A stretch of 63,882 bases of DNA, counting the filler, from Octopus bimaculoides (Eukaryota): assembly GCF_001194135.2 (NCBI RefSeq). It is 4 parts of 4 records of this genome, joined end to end, with 100 filler letters (N's around TTAATTAATTAA, not from the genome) between each part and the next. Parts side by side here need not be neighbours in the genome. Positions count along the whole stretch, not along the records: positions 1 to 24,279 come from NC_068992.1; positions 24,380 to 47,468 come from NC_068990.1; 2 more parts are not named here. The stretch is one strand, 5' to 3'. The position numbers and the translations under genes are program-made. The notes under the pieces are model-generated. The model saw only the letters and a list, made by a program, of their open reading frames with translations. It was not told the DNA's origin and did not search any database. Positions 23,561 through 36,914 of the stretch are shown piece after piece (position 1 is the stretch's first letter; each line of letters opens with the position of its first letter).

Positions 23561-23940
23561 TTGGTATCCCGTTTACTCTCTTCATTGACCACAACCTTCG
23601 TATTTCCCATTTTAAATCCGCATAGTTGTTTATTTTTTTCATTTACTTTTACATTGATCCTATTGTCACCGAGGCATGCTATATCAATAATCATGCATAT
23701 TCTTTTTTTATTATTCACCACAACAATGTCCGGTTTCTGATGTCTGGTCGGGTGATCGGAATGGATCATTGCCTCCCACAGGATTTTGCAATTCTCATTC
23801 TCGGTGTCTCCTTCTGGGATTAGGTCACACCACGTCTTTGTTCTTTGTAGGCCGTGATTTCTACAGAGCTCCCGATGGATCATTCTTGCCTCTTTGTTAT
23901 GGCGTCTTTTTATTCGCATTGTGCCAATATCGGGCATTCG
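23561..23940 (-). mobile_element. R4/Dong-like LINE fragment encoding the restriction-like endonuclease region
   Basis: KRRHNKEARMIHRELC...KILWEAMIHSDH...KPDIVVVN...IIDIACLGD (PD..D motif), then frameshifted KINNYADLKWEIRRLWSMKRV; bounded by (TATG)n and (TAT)n arrays. Confidence 0.88.
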
Positions 23941-23941
23941 C

Positions 23942-23943
<2 letters not shown>

Positions 23944-24014
<71 letters not shown>
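23944..24014. repeat. (TAT)n = (TAA)n microsatellite between two LINE fragments
   Basis: Direct reading. Confidence 0.95.
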
Positions 24015-24017
<3 letters not shown>

Positions 24018-24279
24018 TAGTTTTATTTTTATAACGTGCTTTCACTTCACTACCGAGCGCAGCTCTGTGCGCCTTGGGTATGTGCTGTGGTTTGCTGTGG
24101 TGCTCTTATGTTTACTGTATTGAAAGTGTTTTGCGTAGAATGTGTGCAGTACCCAGTAGTGCAATTTTCTGTATGTTATATATATTTGTAAGTCCTGGTG
24201 TTTTTGTTATGTATTTGTCTGAATATTTTTTTATTATACCTAAGGCACCTACTATGATAGGAATTGTTTCTGTTTTTAG
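24015..24279 (-). mobile_element. R4/Dong-like LINE 3' end (ORF C-terminus + 3' UTR running into (AAT)n)
   Basis: Minus strand reads LKTETIPIIVGALGIIKKYSDKYITKTPGLTNIYNIQKIALLGTAHILRKTLSIQ*, the IP(I/V)VVGALG...QK-x-ALLGTA-x-ILR terminus of RLE-type LINEs. Confidence 0.88.
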
Positions 24280-24379
24280 NNNNNNNNNNNNNNNNNNNNN
24301 NNNNNNNNNNNNNNNNNNNNNNNTTAATTAATTAANNNNNNNNNNNNNNNNNNNNNNNNNNNNNNNNNNNNNNNNNNNN

Positions 24380-24380
<1 letters not shown>
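24280..24380. other. Synthetic scaffold linker N44-TTAATTAATTAA-N45
   Basis: The 12-mer carries stop codons in all six frames, is embedded in Ns, and has the same design as 47469-47568 and 62591-62690. Confidence 0.9.
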
Positions 24381-24425
<45 letters not shown>

Positions 24426-24426
<1 letters not shown>

Positions 24427-24690
24427 CCCGGATGCAGTACCAGGCAGTAGCTCTCATGGTTTCTGATCTTAATTGATTGGAAGTGTTATCATGTACATTG
24501 TTTTGCCTTGGTATAAAAGATGGGCTACAGCAAATATTCTGCTTAATACCACAGATTTGCTTCTCAGTTGTTTGACCTTAACCAGTTGAGCATGTCCCTT
24601 GGTGGCTGACGATATGTGCATCTCTGATCATGAGCAGAAGTAGTGGGGGAGCATCATAGCAATGTGTTGAGAGGGATTTTGGGGGGTTTG
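24426..24690 (+). mobile_element. 5' half of the ~550-bp TAA-embedded non-coding element (family D)
   Basis: Reverse-complement match to 35751-36304 and 36369-36914; preceded by (AAT)n. Confidence 0.8.
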
Positions 24691-26234
24691 TGTGTGGAGG
24701 AAGGGAAAATTACGTCAAGATAAACTAGACAGGTATAAAGAAAACCATCTACATGAACAGTCCTGCAGGAGCACAGGAAACGCCAGCAACAGCAAAATAT
24801 GAGGTTAACAATAACTGAAGGGCTGATAATAACTGTATCAGATCAAACAAGCTCTTAGGACAAGACACATGAGGCGAGTGAGAAAGAGAACATCTATGAA
24901 GAGTGCAGATACGACATTATATAGGATGAGATAGTTGCAAATATATCACCTAAATTATGTTTTATAAATATTCTGTATATGAATAAATCTCAAGAACATT
25001 TGTAGATGCAACTGAGGAATAGGACGAAACATGTTTCGTTTCTCTTAAAACTGATCGGGGTACGTTACCTCATTTCCGAACTACTAAAGTTACAAAAAAT
25101 ATTTTTTATGGTAAGAATGAATAAACTATTATGGGTGCAGAAGATCATTTTTACGCAATGGTACAAGTTCTATGGACGGGGTTCAATAAAATAAGAAATT
25201 AATGCAACACCAGGTCCCCCATGAATTACCTCTAAGTATTATGACTTCATTCTGTGCATTATGGATGCCATATTTATCCCGGTTCAATGGAGACATGTAG
25301 TTGATCCATACATGAACACACACACACATGTTCTGTAGACAAAAAAAACCCAGTTTCTTTTGTTTGCATGTTGTAGCTATTTATATTAGTTTTACATATT
25401 CTTTGCTAGATATGTCCGTTGCTCTTCGGTAGATATTTGAAGGCCCCTACTTTCTTGTATTTGCCTTGAATATAGTTTTTCTGTGTCACATTTTTAATGA
25501 TGTATTTTAAATGCAGTCATTATTTTTTTTCTTGTTTCTCTGTCTAGTCTTACTAAGTAATTTCGCGTCCTTAGAGAATATTTTTAACTATAATTTTTTT
25601 CCTGAAGACAGCCAACATACAGATGCTTAGTGCATTTTTTTCTAGTTTTGTTTTTAGCTCCTTTTTAAGTATTAATAATCTGAAGTGCATAACTTGAAGG
25701 CATCCATATACCAAAGATGGTTGAATTACTTGAATTACCCTAAAATAGCAAGTGTAATCGAGCGCTGTCTGCTTCAACACGTTGGTTAAAATGTTAACAC
25801 CAAGTAGAAGCAGATTGGAGAGAGGCACCCTATTGGAATATTCCTCTTCTAATAGATATATAGTTACATTTTATGATTAATTCTTTTGCTTATATCTGCA
25901 GAATTTTCTACCATTTTCATCTGACGGGTTTAATGCACCTGCTATTCTTGGTACTACGAGCTTGTGCAATGTTGGTTTGCTGACCTGTATCGAACAGCTG
26001 CCATCACTTACATAATCAGATCCAGTTAGCCGCAGACTCTATAGTAAAAATCACTACCGCTATCGTTTGGCAGAAGGTTAAACTTCCTTTCTCTAGTTGC
26101 TATTAATACGAAAGCTGTGTGTTATGTGCGATATACTCTAGATTGCACTACCAAGTTGTTCCCTATAATGTAAATATCTTCTTGTTTATATTCTATTATT
26201 TACAGTTCTGGTTATTTAATTTTTTTTTAGCGAA

Positions 26235-26486
26235 GGCGCATGGCTCAATGGTTAGGGATACGAGCTCACACTCATGAGGTAGTGAGTTCGATTCCCGGAC
26301 CAAGCTGTGTGTTTTGTTCTTGAGCAAAACACTTTATTTCACATTGCTCCAGTTCACTCAGCTGTAGAAATGAGTTGCGACGTCACAGGTGCCAAGCTGT
26401 ATCAGCCTTTGCCTTTCTATTGGATAACATTGGTGGCATGGGGAGGCTGGTATCCATGGGCGACTGCTGGTCTCCCACAAACAACC
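26235..26486 (+). mobile_element. tRNA-derived SINE with CORE-like central domain
   Basis: tggctcaatggttagg (A box), gagttcgattcc (B box), then ttgagcaaaacactttatttcacattgctccagttcactcagctgtagaaatg (CORE/MIR-like). Confidence 0.7.
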
Positions 26487-27265
26487 AAGTCAATCAGGTC
26501 CATCGCCAGGGTCATGGGAGTGTCTGAGTTTCTCATCAGCCAGGTAGTGCATGAAGACATTCGGTATTCCTCATGCAAGATAAGAAAGGGCTAATTTTAT
26601 CCCAAGACATCAAGGACAAGAGGAAAGACCGCACAAAATCAAAGCTTCCCCTCCCATCAATCATACTTTGATTTTTCTCAGACGAGAAATATTTCTGTCA
26701 GGATCAAATGGTGAATACACAGAACAACCGTTGGCCTACCGTATCCCCAAAATATGTATCGAGAGTGATAAAAATCAAACATCCGATCAACGTCATGGTC
26801 TTTAGAGTGATCACTAATGATGACTAGTACTGCCCTGGGTCCAGAGGGTGGCTGCTGGAAGAGCCTATGTCTGACAACAGGCCTCTGCACAATGCCACAC
26901 AAGCAAGAGAACCCAGTCATGACTGTCCGACACTTTCTGCGACTACATCACACGTAACATCTGGCCACCTAATTCCCTTGATTATTATGTGTGGGGCGCA
27001 GTTGAGCGAGAGACCAACAAAAGTCCTTGTTACACCAAAGATGACTGAAGGCAAGGATTATGGCAACATTCACCAACTTAAATAAGGAGACCATTCAGAA
27101 GAATTGCAGATTCCGAAGTCGTCTGGAGGCCGTGGTTGAAGCCAGTAGCGATTATCTTGAATAGATTTACTCTTTAGTATTTCAAGATATTTTTATGTAA
27201 TTTTGGTAAATATATAATTTAAAATGAGATTTCAGCATTATTTTCCCTTTTGCCTATTTTAGGTG
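26487..27265 (+). mobile_element. DD37D (maT-type) Tc1/mariner transposase remnant
   Basis: KSIRSIAR...EDIRY, FFSDEKYFCQDQMVNTQNNRW...KHP..VMVF, VLPWVQRVAAGRAYV*QQASA...IWPPN..LDYYVWGAVERETNK...FRSRLEAVVEA; contains stops, frameshifts and deletions. Confidence 0.85.
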
Positions 27266-27698
27266 NNNNNNNNNNNNNNNNNNNNNNNNNNNNNNNNNNN
27301 NNNNNNNNNNNNNNNNNNNNNNNNNNNNNNNNNNNNNNNNNNNNNNNNNNNNNNNNNNNNNNNNNNNNNNNTATATATATATATATATATATATGCATGT
27401 ATATGTATATATATATATATTTATAATATTAGATATAGATATACATACACACATATACACACATACAATCTACACATATATGTATGTAATCAGTGTGTGG
27501 CGTGCGTATGGTACCATCTCTTGATGCCCAAGTTCAAACCACACAGTGTTCATCTTTAATTTTCATCCCACCGAGGTCGATCTGATAAAGTACCGTACAG
27601 AAGTAAATCGATCCTATTGGTTTCATCCATTTCACAATTGTTGGCCTGATGTCTAAATTAGAAAGAATAGCCAAACGTATGTTTACGTCTATATATGC

Positions 27699-27739
<41 letters not shown>

Positions 27740-28255
27740 AAATGAAAGACGGAAGATGGAATATACGGGAATTTATTAATCACAATTTTTTCGACACATC
27801 TATATGCATATGTGTGTGTGTGTGTGTGTGTGTGTATATACATCCTCCCCCCCCCACACACAGACACACACTCATTCGTATATATGTAGCATTGATAAAA
27901 TACTGCAAACATTTATAACATTCAATGCTTTATAGAACATATACGCATTTCTTGAAAATGCCGTTATAGTTACATAATAGTTATTGGAACATATATTAAA
28001 TAATCTTGCAAAAATATCTCTTCTTGTGTTTTATTAATGCTTCTTGTGTTTTATTAATGCTGTAACGTGATTCGTATTCTGCTCACTCGACTATCCCGAG
28101 CTTTGATACCCCGTGTTGTACTGCACTGTATATGGCAGTGGTGTGGCACCCTCTTCTGAGTTCGAACTTTGTTTATGTGTCGCGCTTCACACACAACAAA
28201 TATCCTCTCATCTCATCCCCATCTTTTTGTCTCTCATTCTCAACCTCTCTCTCTT

Positions 28256-28289
<34 letters not shown>

Positions 28290-28356
28290 CCCTTTCTCTT
28301 TCTCCTTCTCTCTCTATCTCTCTCTCTCTCTCTCTCCCCCTCTCTCTCTCCCCCTT

Positions 28357-28390
<34 letters not shown>

Positions 28391-28399
28391 CCACTTTTA

Positions 28400-28590
28400 C
28401 CCACTTCCTATGGAAGCAGTGGGGAACACATGCACAAGATTCTGGAGCCGCCTTGAAGGCGTGGTGGATGCTGAAGACGGCTACTTTGAGTAGACTGTTA
28501 TCTCAAAGCCATAACATATTTAATATTTTTTTATTTTTAAATGATACTTCTATTTTTGGAGAAGATATTGTGTTTTCTATTCCGACATGT
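28400..28590 (+). mobile_element. DD37D-type transposase C-terminal fragment
   Basis: EAVGNTCTRFWSRLEGVVDAEDGYFE*, homologous to the ends of the 26.5-kb and 63-kb copies. Confidence 0.6.
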
Positions 28591-28591
28591 T

Positions 28592-28671
<80 letters not shown>

Positions 28672-29521
28672 GTATATATGCATTATGTATGTGTGTATGT
28701 ATGTGTGTGGATATATGCATGTATTTATGTATGTATTTATGTATATATGTATTTATGTATATGTATTTATGCATATATGTATTTATGTATGTATTTATGT
28801 ATATATGTATATATGCATTATGTATGTGTGTATGTATGTGTGTGGATGCATGCATATATTTATGTATGTATGTATGTATGTATGTATACATGTACATATG
28901 TGCTTATTCCAGTGTGTATGCCTGAATACATATATACTTATCTTACTAAGAGTCATTGAAAAATAGTGACCTTGTGTATGTCAGTAAGAGCTTCCAAAGA
29001 ACATCTAATGGCTTTCGGTGGCTGATTTATTGATAATCGTTTCGAAGATGGATGATGTCCATGGCAGTCTTATGTTCGCTACTAAATATCTATATGACAT
29101 CTAAAGAATCATTGATGATGGGGGTTTTCATGTGAAAGCTTTTCGATGGTATCTATGAATATCTGTCAACTAATCTGAACAAACTTTAAATAAGTTTGTA
29201 ATATATTTATATATAGTAAGTTCAATTATTATATAAGCTCAGTTTGTCTAGCTGCATTGCGTAATGTGTTGAAGTCGGAAGGCACTGATATATATATATA
29301 TATATATTTATCAATTTGTAACAAATATTATTTTTGAAATTTGCTAATTTTCTCTCTGCCTTTCGCTCTGTACCTGCGTACGTACGTACGTATGTATGCA
29401 GAGATGACCGGATGGATGTGTGTATATATATGCATAGAGAGAAAGAGAGAGAGAGAAAGAGAAAGATGTATATATGTATATTAGACATGTGCAAATACGT
29501 TCATTTTCTAATAATTCTGCA

Positions 29522-31385
29522 TGTCATTACGTTACTTAGCCCGTCGGTAACGCTTGCATGTCATTAGAGAAAAAGAGAGAGAAAGAAAAGAGGGACAGAG
29601 AAGCGTCCATGACGTTAGGTAGGGGAAGTGTAATATTTATTATGTGGTTAAAAAAGTTAGTGATGGTATAGAGGAGGCGAGATAAATTATAATTTTAGCA
29701 GAGGTGATAGTGAGGTTAACGAAAGGCAGAGAGAGAGGGGAGAGAGAGAGAAAGGAAGGAGAGAGAGAGAAAGGAGGGAGAGAGAGAGAAAGGAGGGAGA
29801 GAGAGAGAAAGGAGGGAGAGAGAGAGAGAAAGGATGGAGAGAGAGAGAAAGGAGGGAGAGAGAGAGAAAGGAGGGAGAGATAGAGAAAGGAGGGAGAGAG
29901 AGAGAAAGGAGGGAGAGAGAGAGAAAGGAGGGAGAGAGAGAGAAAGGAGGGAGAGAGATGATGATGCTGGTGGTGGTGGTGGAGATGGAGGTGGTGGTGG
30001 TTGTGGAGGTGATGCAGGTGGTGGTGGTGGATGTGGCGGTGGTGATTGGATAGTGAAAATTGTATCTTTTAAATTGAACTAAGTTTCTTTTATATTACCT
30101 ATCACTTAACGCATGCGCGTAAGTGCAATTCCATGAAAGAATCACGCTTATATTCGTGGCAGATATATGTAATTTAACTAAAGGTTGTATCAAATGTATA
30201 GAATATATTTTTCTTTTTGTTTATGGGAAAAAATAAAAAAATAAGAGCGAAAATTTATTTCATGAGTTCTGTCTATTAAGTCTATAAAATTGTGCATAAA
30301 GTATATAAAGTGTATATATAAAGTGCATTAAGTAATCATCGTATTTGAAATTTCTTTCACTTGTCAATGAGTAGCAGATGAGTGACTATCTTTTCATACG
30401 GACAACACAGGCTACGCTTTCAGGTTTCTTGGATAAAGTTTTCAGAAATAACCCAACAGGATTACCATTAATTCCGCTAGTCTTATAATACTTCAGCTTG
30501 TCATTGCGTTACTTAGCCCATCGGTAACGCTTTCACGAGATTAGAAGAAAAGAGAGAGAAAGAAAAGAAGAGAAAAAGAGGGAGAGAGACTCATCCATAA
30601 GTGAGGTGGAGAGAATGTAATTGCAAGGCTTTCACGTGATTAGTTGAGGGGAAAGAGAGGAGAAAGGAAAAGAAAAGAGAAAAAGAGGACAAGGCGAAGA
30701 GTAAGACAGAAAGAAGGAGAAAGAAAAAGTGGATGAGAGAAGCGTCTGTGACATGAGCTAGGGGAATATAGTATTTATTACGTGGTTAAGAAAGTTTAAA
30801 TGCAATTTTAGCAGTGATGATGTTCTGATGATGTGGTTAAAGAAAGTCAGAGAGGGGGAGGAGAAAAAGAGAGAAAGTGGAGAGAGAGAGAGAGAGGTGT
30901 TGATGGCAGTGGTGGTGGAGGGTGTGGTGGTTGTGGAAGAGGTGGTGGTGGTAGTGGTGGTGGTGATGAGTGGATAGTGAAAATTGTATTTTTTAAAATT
31001 GAATTAAGATTTTTTTATATCATCTATCATTTAACGCATAAGTGCAATTCAGTGAAATATTCACGCTTATTTACGTGACAGATATATGAAATTTAGCTAA
31101 CAGTAGTATTATATATATGGGATACTTTCTTTTTTGTGGGGAAAATGGAAAAATAAGAGTGAATATTTATTTTATGAATGTTGTGTATTAAGTCTATAAA
31201 ATTGCGCATAAAGTATATAAAGTGTATATATAAAGTGCATTAAGTAATCATCATATTCCAATTTCTTTCACTTTTCAATGAGTAGCAGATGAGCAACCAT
31301 CTTTCCATACGGACACAACACAGGCTGCGCTTTCAGGTTTTTGGATAAAGTTCACAGAAATAACCTAGCAGTTTTACCAATAATT
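29522..31385. repeat. Diverged tandem duplication of a ~0.9-1 kb unit (29522-30498, 30499-31385)
   Basis: Both units begin tgtcatt(a/g)cgttacttagccc(g/a)tcggtaacgct, contain GA-rich and (GGT)n tracts, and share ~450 bp of unique sequence (ggatagtgaaaattgtat...aagtgcattaagtaatcat...ggataaagtt). Confidence 0.9.
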
Positions 31386-31436
31386 ACGTGAAATATTCAG
31401 GGGTCCTGCTAGTACACATAAATATACATACATACA

Positions 31437-31507
<71 letters not shown>

Positions 31508-31518
31508 ATGTATATATA

Positions 31519-31549
<31 letters not shown>

Positions 31550-31589
31550 GTGTGTATATATATATATATGTCTTTTATATTTTTATCTT

Positions 31590-31735
31590 TTACATGTTTC
31601 AGTCACTGGGCTGCGGCCATGCTGGGGACTGCCTTGAAGGATTTTAGTCGAACGAACCGTATTTTATTGAAATGCTTTAACTGATTCTATTGTTCTCTTA
31701 TGCCGATCAGCTAGTTTACGTGGACAAACATGAAG

Positions 31736-31768
<33 letters not shown>

Positions 31769-32028
31769 GGTACCATGAAGTAGANNNNNNNNNNNNNNNN
31801 NNNNNNNNNNNNNNNNNNNNNNNNNNNNNNNNNNNNNNNNNNNNNNNNNNNNNNNNNNNNNNNNACACACACACACACACACACACACATCCGTCTACTA
31901 AATTCACCTTTAGGGTTTCGTTGGCCCGAAGCTATAGTAGAAGACACTTACCCAAGGTGCAATGTAGTAGGTCTGAAACCAGAGGCATGTGGTTAGGAAG
32001 CAAACTTCTCACCGTACAGATTCGCCTG

Positions 32029-32030
<2 letters not shown>
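31590..32030 (-). mobile_element. tRNA-derived SINE family C with internal microsatellite (interrupted by an N gap)
   Basis: 3' end cagtcactgggctgcggccatgctgggg and head ...cttacccaaggtgc...aagcaaacttct; the same family occurs at 41300-41657, 48029-48355, 56661-56810 and 61051-61415. Confidence 0.8.
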
Positions 32031-32070
<40 letters not shown>

Positions 32071-32517
32071 GGTTTGAATCGAAAGAGGTTGTTATCTCAG
32101 TCTGTAAGTAACTCTCCATTCATTAGGAGTTTTGCCCTGAAGAGATGTTTACCTTTTAAAAGCATAATGCAATCTTAATTGCAAAATATGAATGACGGTA
32201 AGAAATTGAAACGTATGTAGGTGATATTAAATTGACTAGTATAACAATAAATTGATTTTTTCTGTGTTCAAACTCTCCATTTTCCTTATATTATATTATG
32301 CGCTTGCGTGTGTATGCATGTATTAGAACTAGCTATATTAATTTTTATGTTATACATGATAAAAATCCTATTGAAGTTTTGAATATAAACCTATGCATGT
32401 AGGAATTTACGTCATATTTCAACGTATTACATGTCATATACTATATAAGAAAATAAAAATTATATATATATCTGTATGTATATGTATGTATATGTATATA
32501 TGTGTGTATATATTATG

Positions 32518-32582
<65 letters not shown>

Positions 32583-32769
32583 NNNNNNNNNNNNNNNNNN
32601 NNNNNNNNNNNNNNNNNNNNNNNNNNNNTATTATTCTCAAAGACTTTTGATAATCTTTTTCTAAAAAAGTGAAACCGGTTAAGTAAATAAATATTTTTTA
32701 AAAATAAGTGCATTTTCAAACCTTCTTTCATATATATTTCCACTCGTACGGTATACCACAACTTTACTT

Positions 32770-32843
<74 letters not shown>

Positions 32844-33594
32844 ATATACATGCATACACATATATAAATGTATATACACACACACATACATATCTATGTG
32901 TGTATGGAGGTATGTATATATCACATAATATCATATCATATCGCACATGATATATAATACATTGAAATTTTACACATTTTCACGTACATGCATATTTTTG
33001 TATTAACAATTCAATAAATTATATATCATGTCTAACGTAAAAATTTAATTAATGTAAGTTCTTAAATATATATGTTTGCATGAGTGTGTGTCCCTAAGGT
33101 ATCATGGCAAGCATGTTCGTGTTTCAGTACTGAAAAATGCCACACATTATCAATATATATAATACGCTACGTGTCTTTGTATGTATCTACATTTTTTTGG
33201 CAACACTTCAGCGTTTGAAGATTTTGCAATTATTCCATTATTTAAGATTTACTTTCTAAATCATTTTATACGAGCTGGAGTCGTCCTGTTTATTTATTGT
33301 ATGTGTCTCATAATGTCTACTTAAATGGTTTGAAACTTTCTAAATTATCCAACAGCGTCTCTACTTGTATGCTTGTCATTTGTGCTTGAAAGTTCGTTCT
33401 GCTTTCTTAATGCTTGACTAATCTTAACTAATGTATAATAAAATACAATGGCGTTTCGCATTGGTCAAGCTGACAGAAGAAAACTAAAACAACAAACGGC
33501 GTGGGCGTGAGTGACATCCGAAATGCTCGATGCAAGTGAACTGTAGGGGGCGGTTTGACTCAGAAAGAGCGCATGTATGTGTATATGTGTGTGC

Positions 33595-33983
33595 ACGTTC
33601 TCGCCCTCTCTTCGGTAACCGCCTTATTTCCAGGTTTGTTGACGTTCTTTGGCCCCCTCGGTCCCCTGATTTGTCCATGTCTGATTATTTCTTGTGGGGA
33701 AACCTCAAAGCACGTGTGTATGCGCAGAAGCCCCGTACATTGGATGGTTTTGAAGGAAGCTATTCGGGTGGGAAGCCCAAATCGACTGGAGAGAGTGGAG
33801 GCCAACTTCCAAGAACGCCTTCGGAATACATCAATGAAAACGGACACCACATGATGGATGCTGTTTTCCACACTTGATTTTGACAAATGTTAATTCAATA
33901 CGGACACACTAATGCCAATAAAATTTGCTTACATCTAAAATTAATGATTTCGTGAATTTTTCAAAAAACGTCCATCCTCTCTG
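33595..33983 (+). mobile_element. Tc1-like transposase C-terminal remnant
   Basis: LFGNRLISRF..VLWPPRSPDLSMSDYFLWGNLKARVY..KPRTL, frameshift, LKEAIR...LERVEANFQERL...INENGHH. Confidence 0.8.
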
Positions 33984-35706
33984 NNNNNNNNNNNNNNNNN
34001 NNNNNNNNNNNNNNNNNNNNNNNNNNNNNNNNNNNNNNNNNNNNNNNNNNNNNNNNNNNNNNNNNNNNNNNNNNNNNNNNNNNNNNNNNNNNNNNNNNNN
34101 NNNNNNNNNAAGACTACACCCCAAAAGGATCATTTATTAGATTCCTTAAGGGTCGTTCTCATTGTTTATATTTCAAAGGTTTCAAATTTATTTAATTCTT
34201 TACCATTCGATGTCAACATTTCTGTACCCAACTCTAGCCAGCGACTGATCCGTTGGATGTCTGATGTTTGGCACTTCCTCAGGAATGGCTTCCATCAGAA
34301 CAAATTACGAAAAAACACAAATAACACAATTAACGATCATAGCAGATTATTAAAATACCTGACTACAATTCCGCCATGCTGCTTTCATTTGTTTTGTTTA
34401 CTATATACAGGGGAGGTAACTCCTTAATCTTTCCAATTGCTATCGCTCTCCTGTGAATGTCTATTAGATTAATTTGTTTATTTATAGTAGGTTGTTCTAG
34501 TTCTGCTTAGTCACTTTGTATATGTTCCCTGTTTTATCTGATTTCACTAGACCTTTGTTGGTATTCTTTATTTCTCTGATGTATGTATATGTATGTATTT
34601 AGATAGGAATGTACGTGTGTGTATATATATATATGCACACACATATATGGATATATACATACATACGTACATAGAAATATAAGAGTTTTAATGCATATAC
34701 ATTTATACACACACACACACATACACATGCACGCATATGTGTATATATATATAAGCACAAAATTCAGGAGGTACGAGAGGTGAATATATATTTCTTTAAC
34801 CACGTGATATCTTTAGGGTTATAGCCGTTTCGCAACTTCCTCCATTTAGTATTAATTTCAGTACGGAAGAAATTATGCATGCAGTATTTAAATGCTATTT
34901 TGTTGTGTGTATGGGTGAGTGAGTGTGTGTGTGCGCGCGTTCATTCTACGTTCAAAAGGTTAAAAACATCCTGTAGCAAACAGAAGGTACATACATATTC
35001 AATGGCTGTTTTTGTTGTTGTTTAGTCTCAGGTTAGCCATGTTGCAGTCAATGTGAGACAATCTGTGAATGTATATAGATTTTAAGTACCATCCTACGTT
35101 TTTCTGCACAGTTTTCCGTCTATCCAGTTTCTCCCACAAAGATTGGATTAAGTCGAAGATGCCGCGCAGGGAGATCGAATCTTATGCTTTGTGAGTGTGA
35201 AGCGAAATTATTAACCTTTCGGCCATACTGTATCCTAAATATAAACAACAACAACAAAAACAACAACAGCAGCAGCAACAGATTAATCCGACAGTGTAAC
35301 GAGGTTTTCATATTCTGAGCGCAGAAAGAATTTAAGCTGAAGTTTATCCAGACGCACACTGAACGACTATCGATAATTAACTCACAGATAAGTAACTGAT
35401 AATAACTAAGAGTTTTGTCGCCCTCACTTGCCCAAATCAGATTAATTAATATTGGTAATTGAGCTAATGTTTTCTTCTCGCCGCATAAGCATTATTAATT
35501 AATTAATTAATTTTTTTTTTTTGCTTTTATGTCTCTCTCGTCTCTAGTTTATGTACAAGAAGATAAAGAATGAGATCAACGAGCTATTTGCTCCACCACT
35601 CCACGTTACGCTTGGCAAATAATATGTTAATTAGTATTCCAAGTGCTGAATTTCTCGGCTCGGGGGTAGATCATTATCATTATCGTCCTCCTCCTCCTCC
35701 TCCTCC

Positions 35707-35740
<34 letters not shown>

Positions 35741-35750
35741 TATTATTATT

Positions 35751-36304
35751 GAGTGAGAGAGAAGGACATAACATTAAAGTGACACTGGGGTACTAATGTA
35801 CGGAAACCTAATATACCTATCATGACTACTTGTTTGATAAGGGTACACCAGGCACATGCATCACAACCATATGTGCACGACATGGTGAATTCGTACCAAA
35901 ATAAACAGCACATGACCTTACAGGCGGGTCCAATAATAATTTTCTTCAAGTCGAGTAGCTCATCTCGCTCAACAGGTCCCTGAATAGAGATTGTTTAAGG
36001 ATAGTGAACAAAACGGTCATATTTCCAGAGGTGAATTCAACCTCCCCCCACCAAATTGCTCTTGACACATGGCTATGAGGCTCCCCACTACATCTGCTAG
36101 TGATTAGAGATGCACAAATCGTCAGCCACCAAGGGACATATTCCACTGGTTAAGGTCAAACAACTGATAAGCAAATCTGTGGTATTGAGTAGAATATTTG
36201 CTGTAGCCCATCTTTTACACCAAGACAAAACAATGTACATGATAACACTTCCAATCAGTTAAGATCAGAAGCCATGAAAGCCAGTGCCTGGTATTATATC
36301 GGGG
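35751..36304 (-). mobile_element. ~550-bp non-coding element (family D), copy 1, inside a TTA/CAT microsatellite
   Basis: Aligns end to end with 36369-36914; both ends abut (TTA)n; strand assigned from the (AAT)n tail. Confidence 0.8.
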
Positions 36305-36323
36305 AATTTTTATTATTATTATT

Positions 36324-36359
<36 letters not shown>

Positions 36360-36368
36360 ATTATTACT

Positions 36369-36914
36369 GAGTAAGGGAGCAGTGCATACCATCAAAGTGA
36401 CACCGATAAAATATAGGAAAACCCAATATACACATCATGACTACCCGTTTGATAAGGGTACACCAGGTACATGCATCACAACCATATGTGCGTGACATGG
36501 TAATCCCATATCAAGATTAACAGCGCATGACCTTGCAATTGGAGCCGAGTTAGGATTTTCTTCTGGTCGAGTAGCCCATCCCGTTCAAAAGGTCCCTGAA
36601 TAAGAGATGTTTAAGGATGTTAAACGAAACGCGCATGTCTCCAGAAGTGAATTATCCAAACCCCAAAGAATTCCTCTTGACACATGGCTATGATGCTCCC
36701 CGACTACTTTTGCTCATGACCAGAGATGCACATATTGTCAGCCACCAAGAGACATGCTCAACTAGTTAATGTCAAACAACTGACAAGCAAATCTGTGGTA
36801 TTGAGCAGAATATTTGCTGTAACCCATCTTTTGTACCAAGACAAAAGATGACAACACTTCCAATCAGTTACGATCAGAAGTCATGCGAGCCACTGCATAG
36901 TACTGCATCAGGGC
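36369..36914 (-). mobile_element. ~550-bp non-coding element (family D), copy 2
   Basis: Head-to-tail with copy 1, separated only by a (TTA/TTG)n array, and followed by (ATT)n. Confidence 0.8.

Noticed and set aside
35495-35512. Fourth TTAATTAATTAA linker
   Set aside because: Embedded in real sequence with no flanking Ns; a natural (TTAA)n run.
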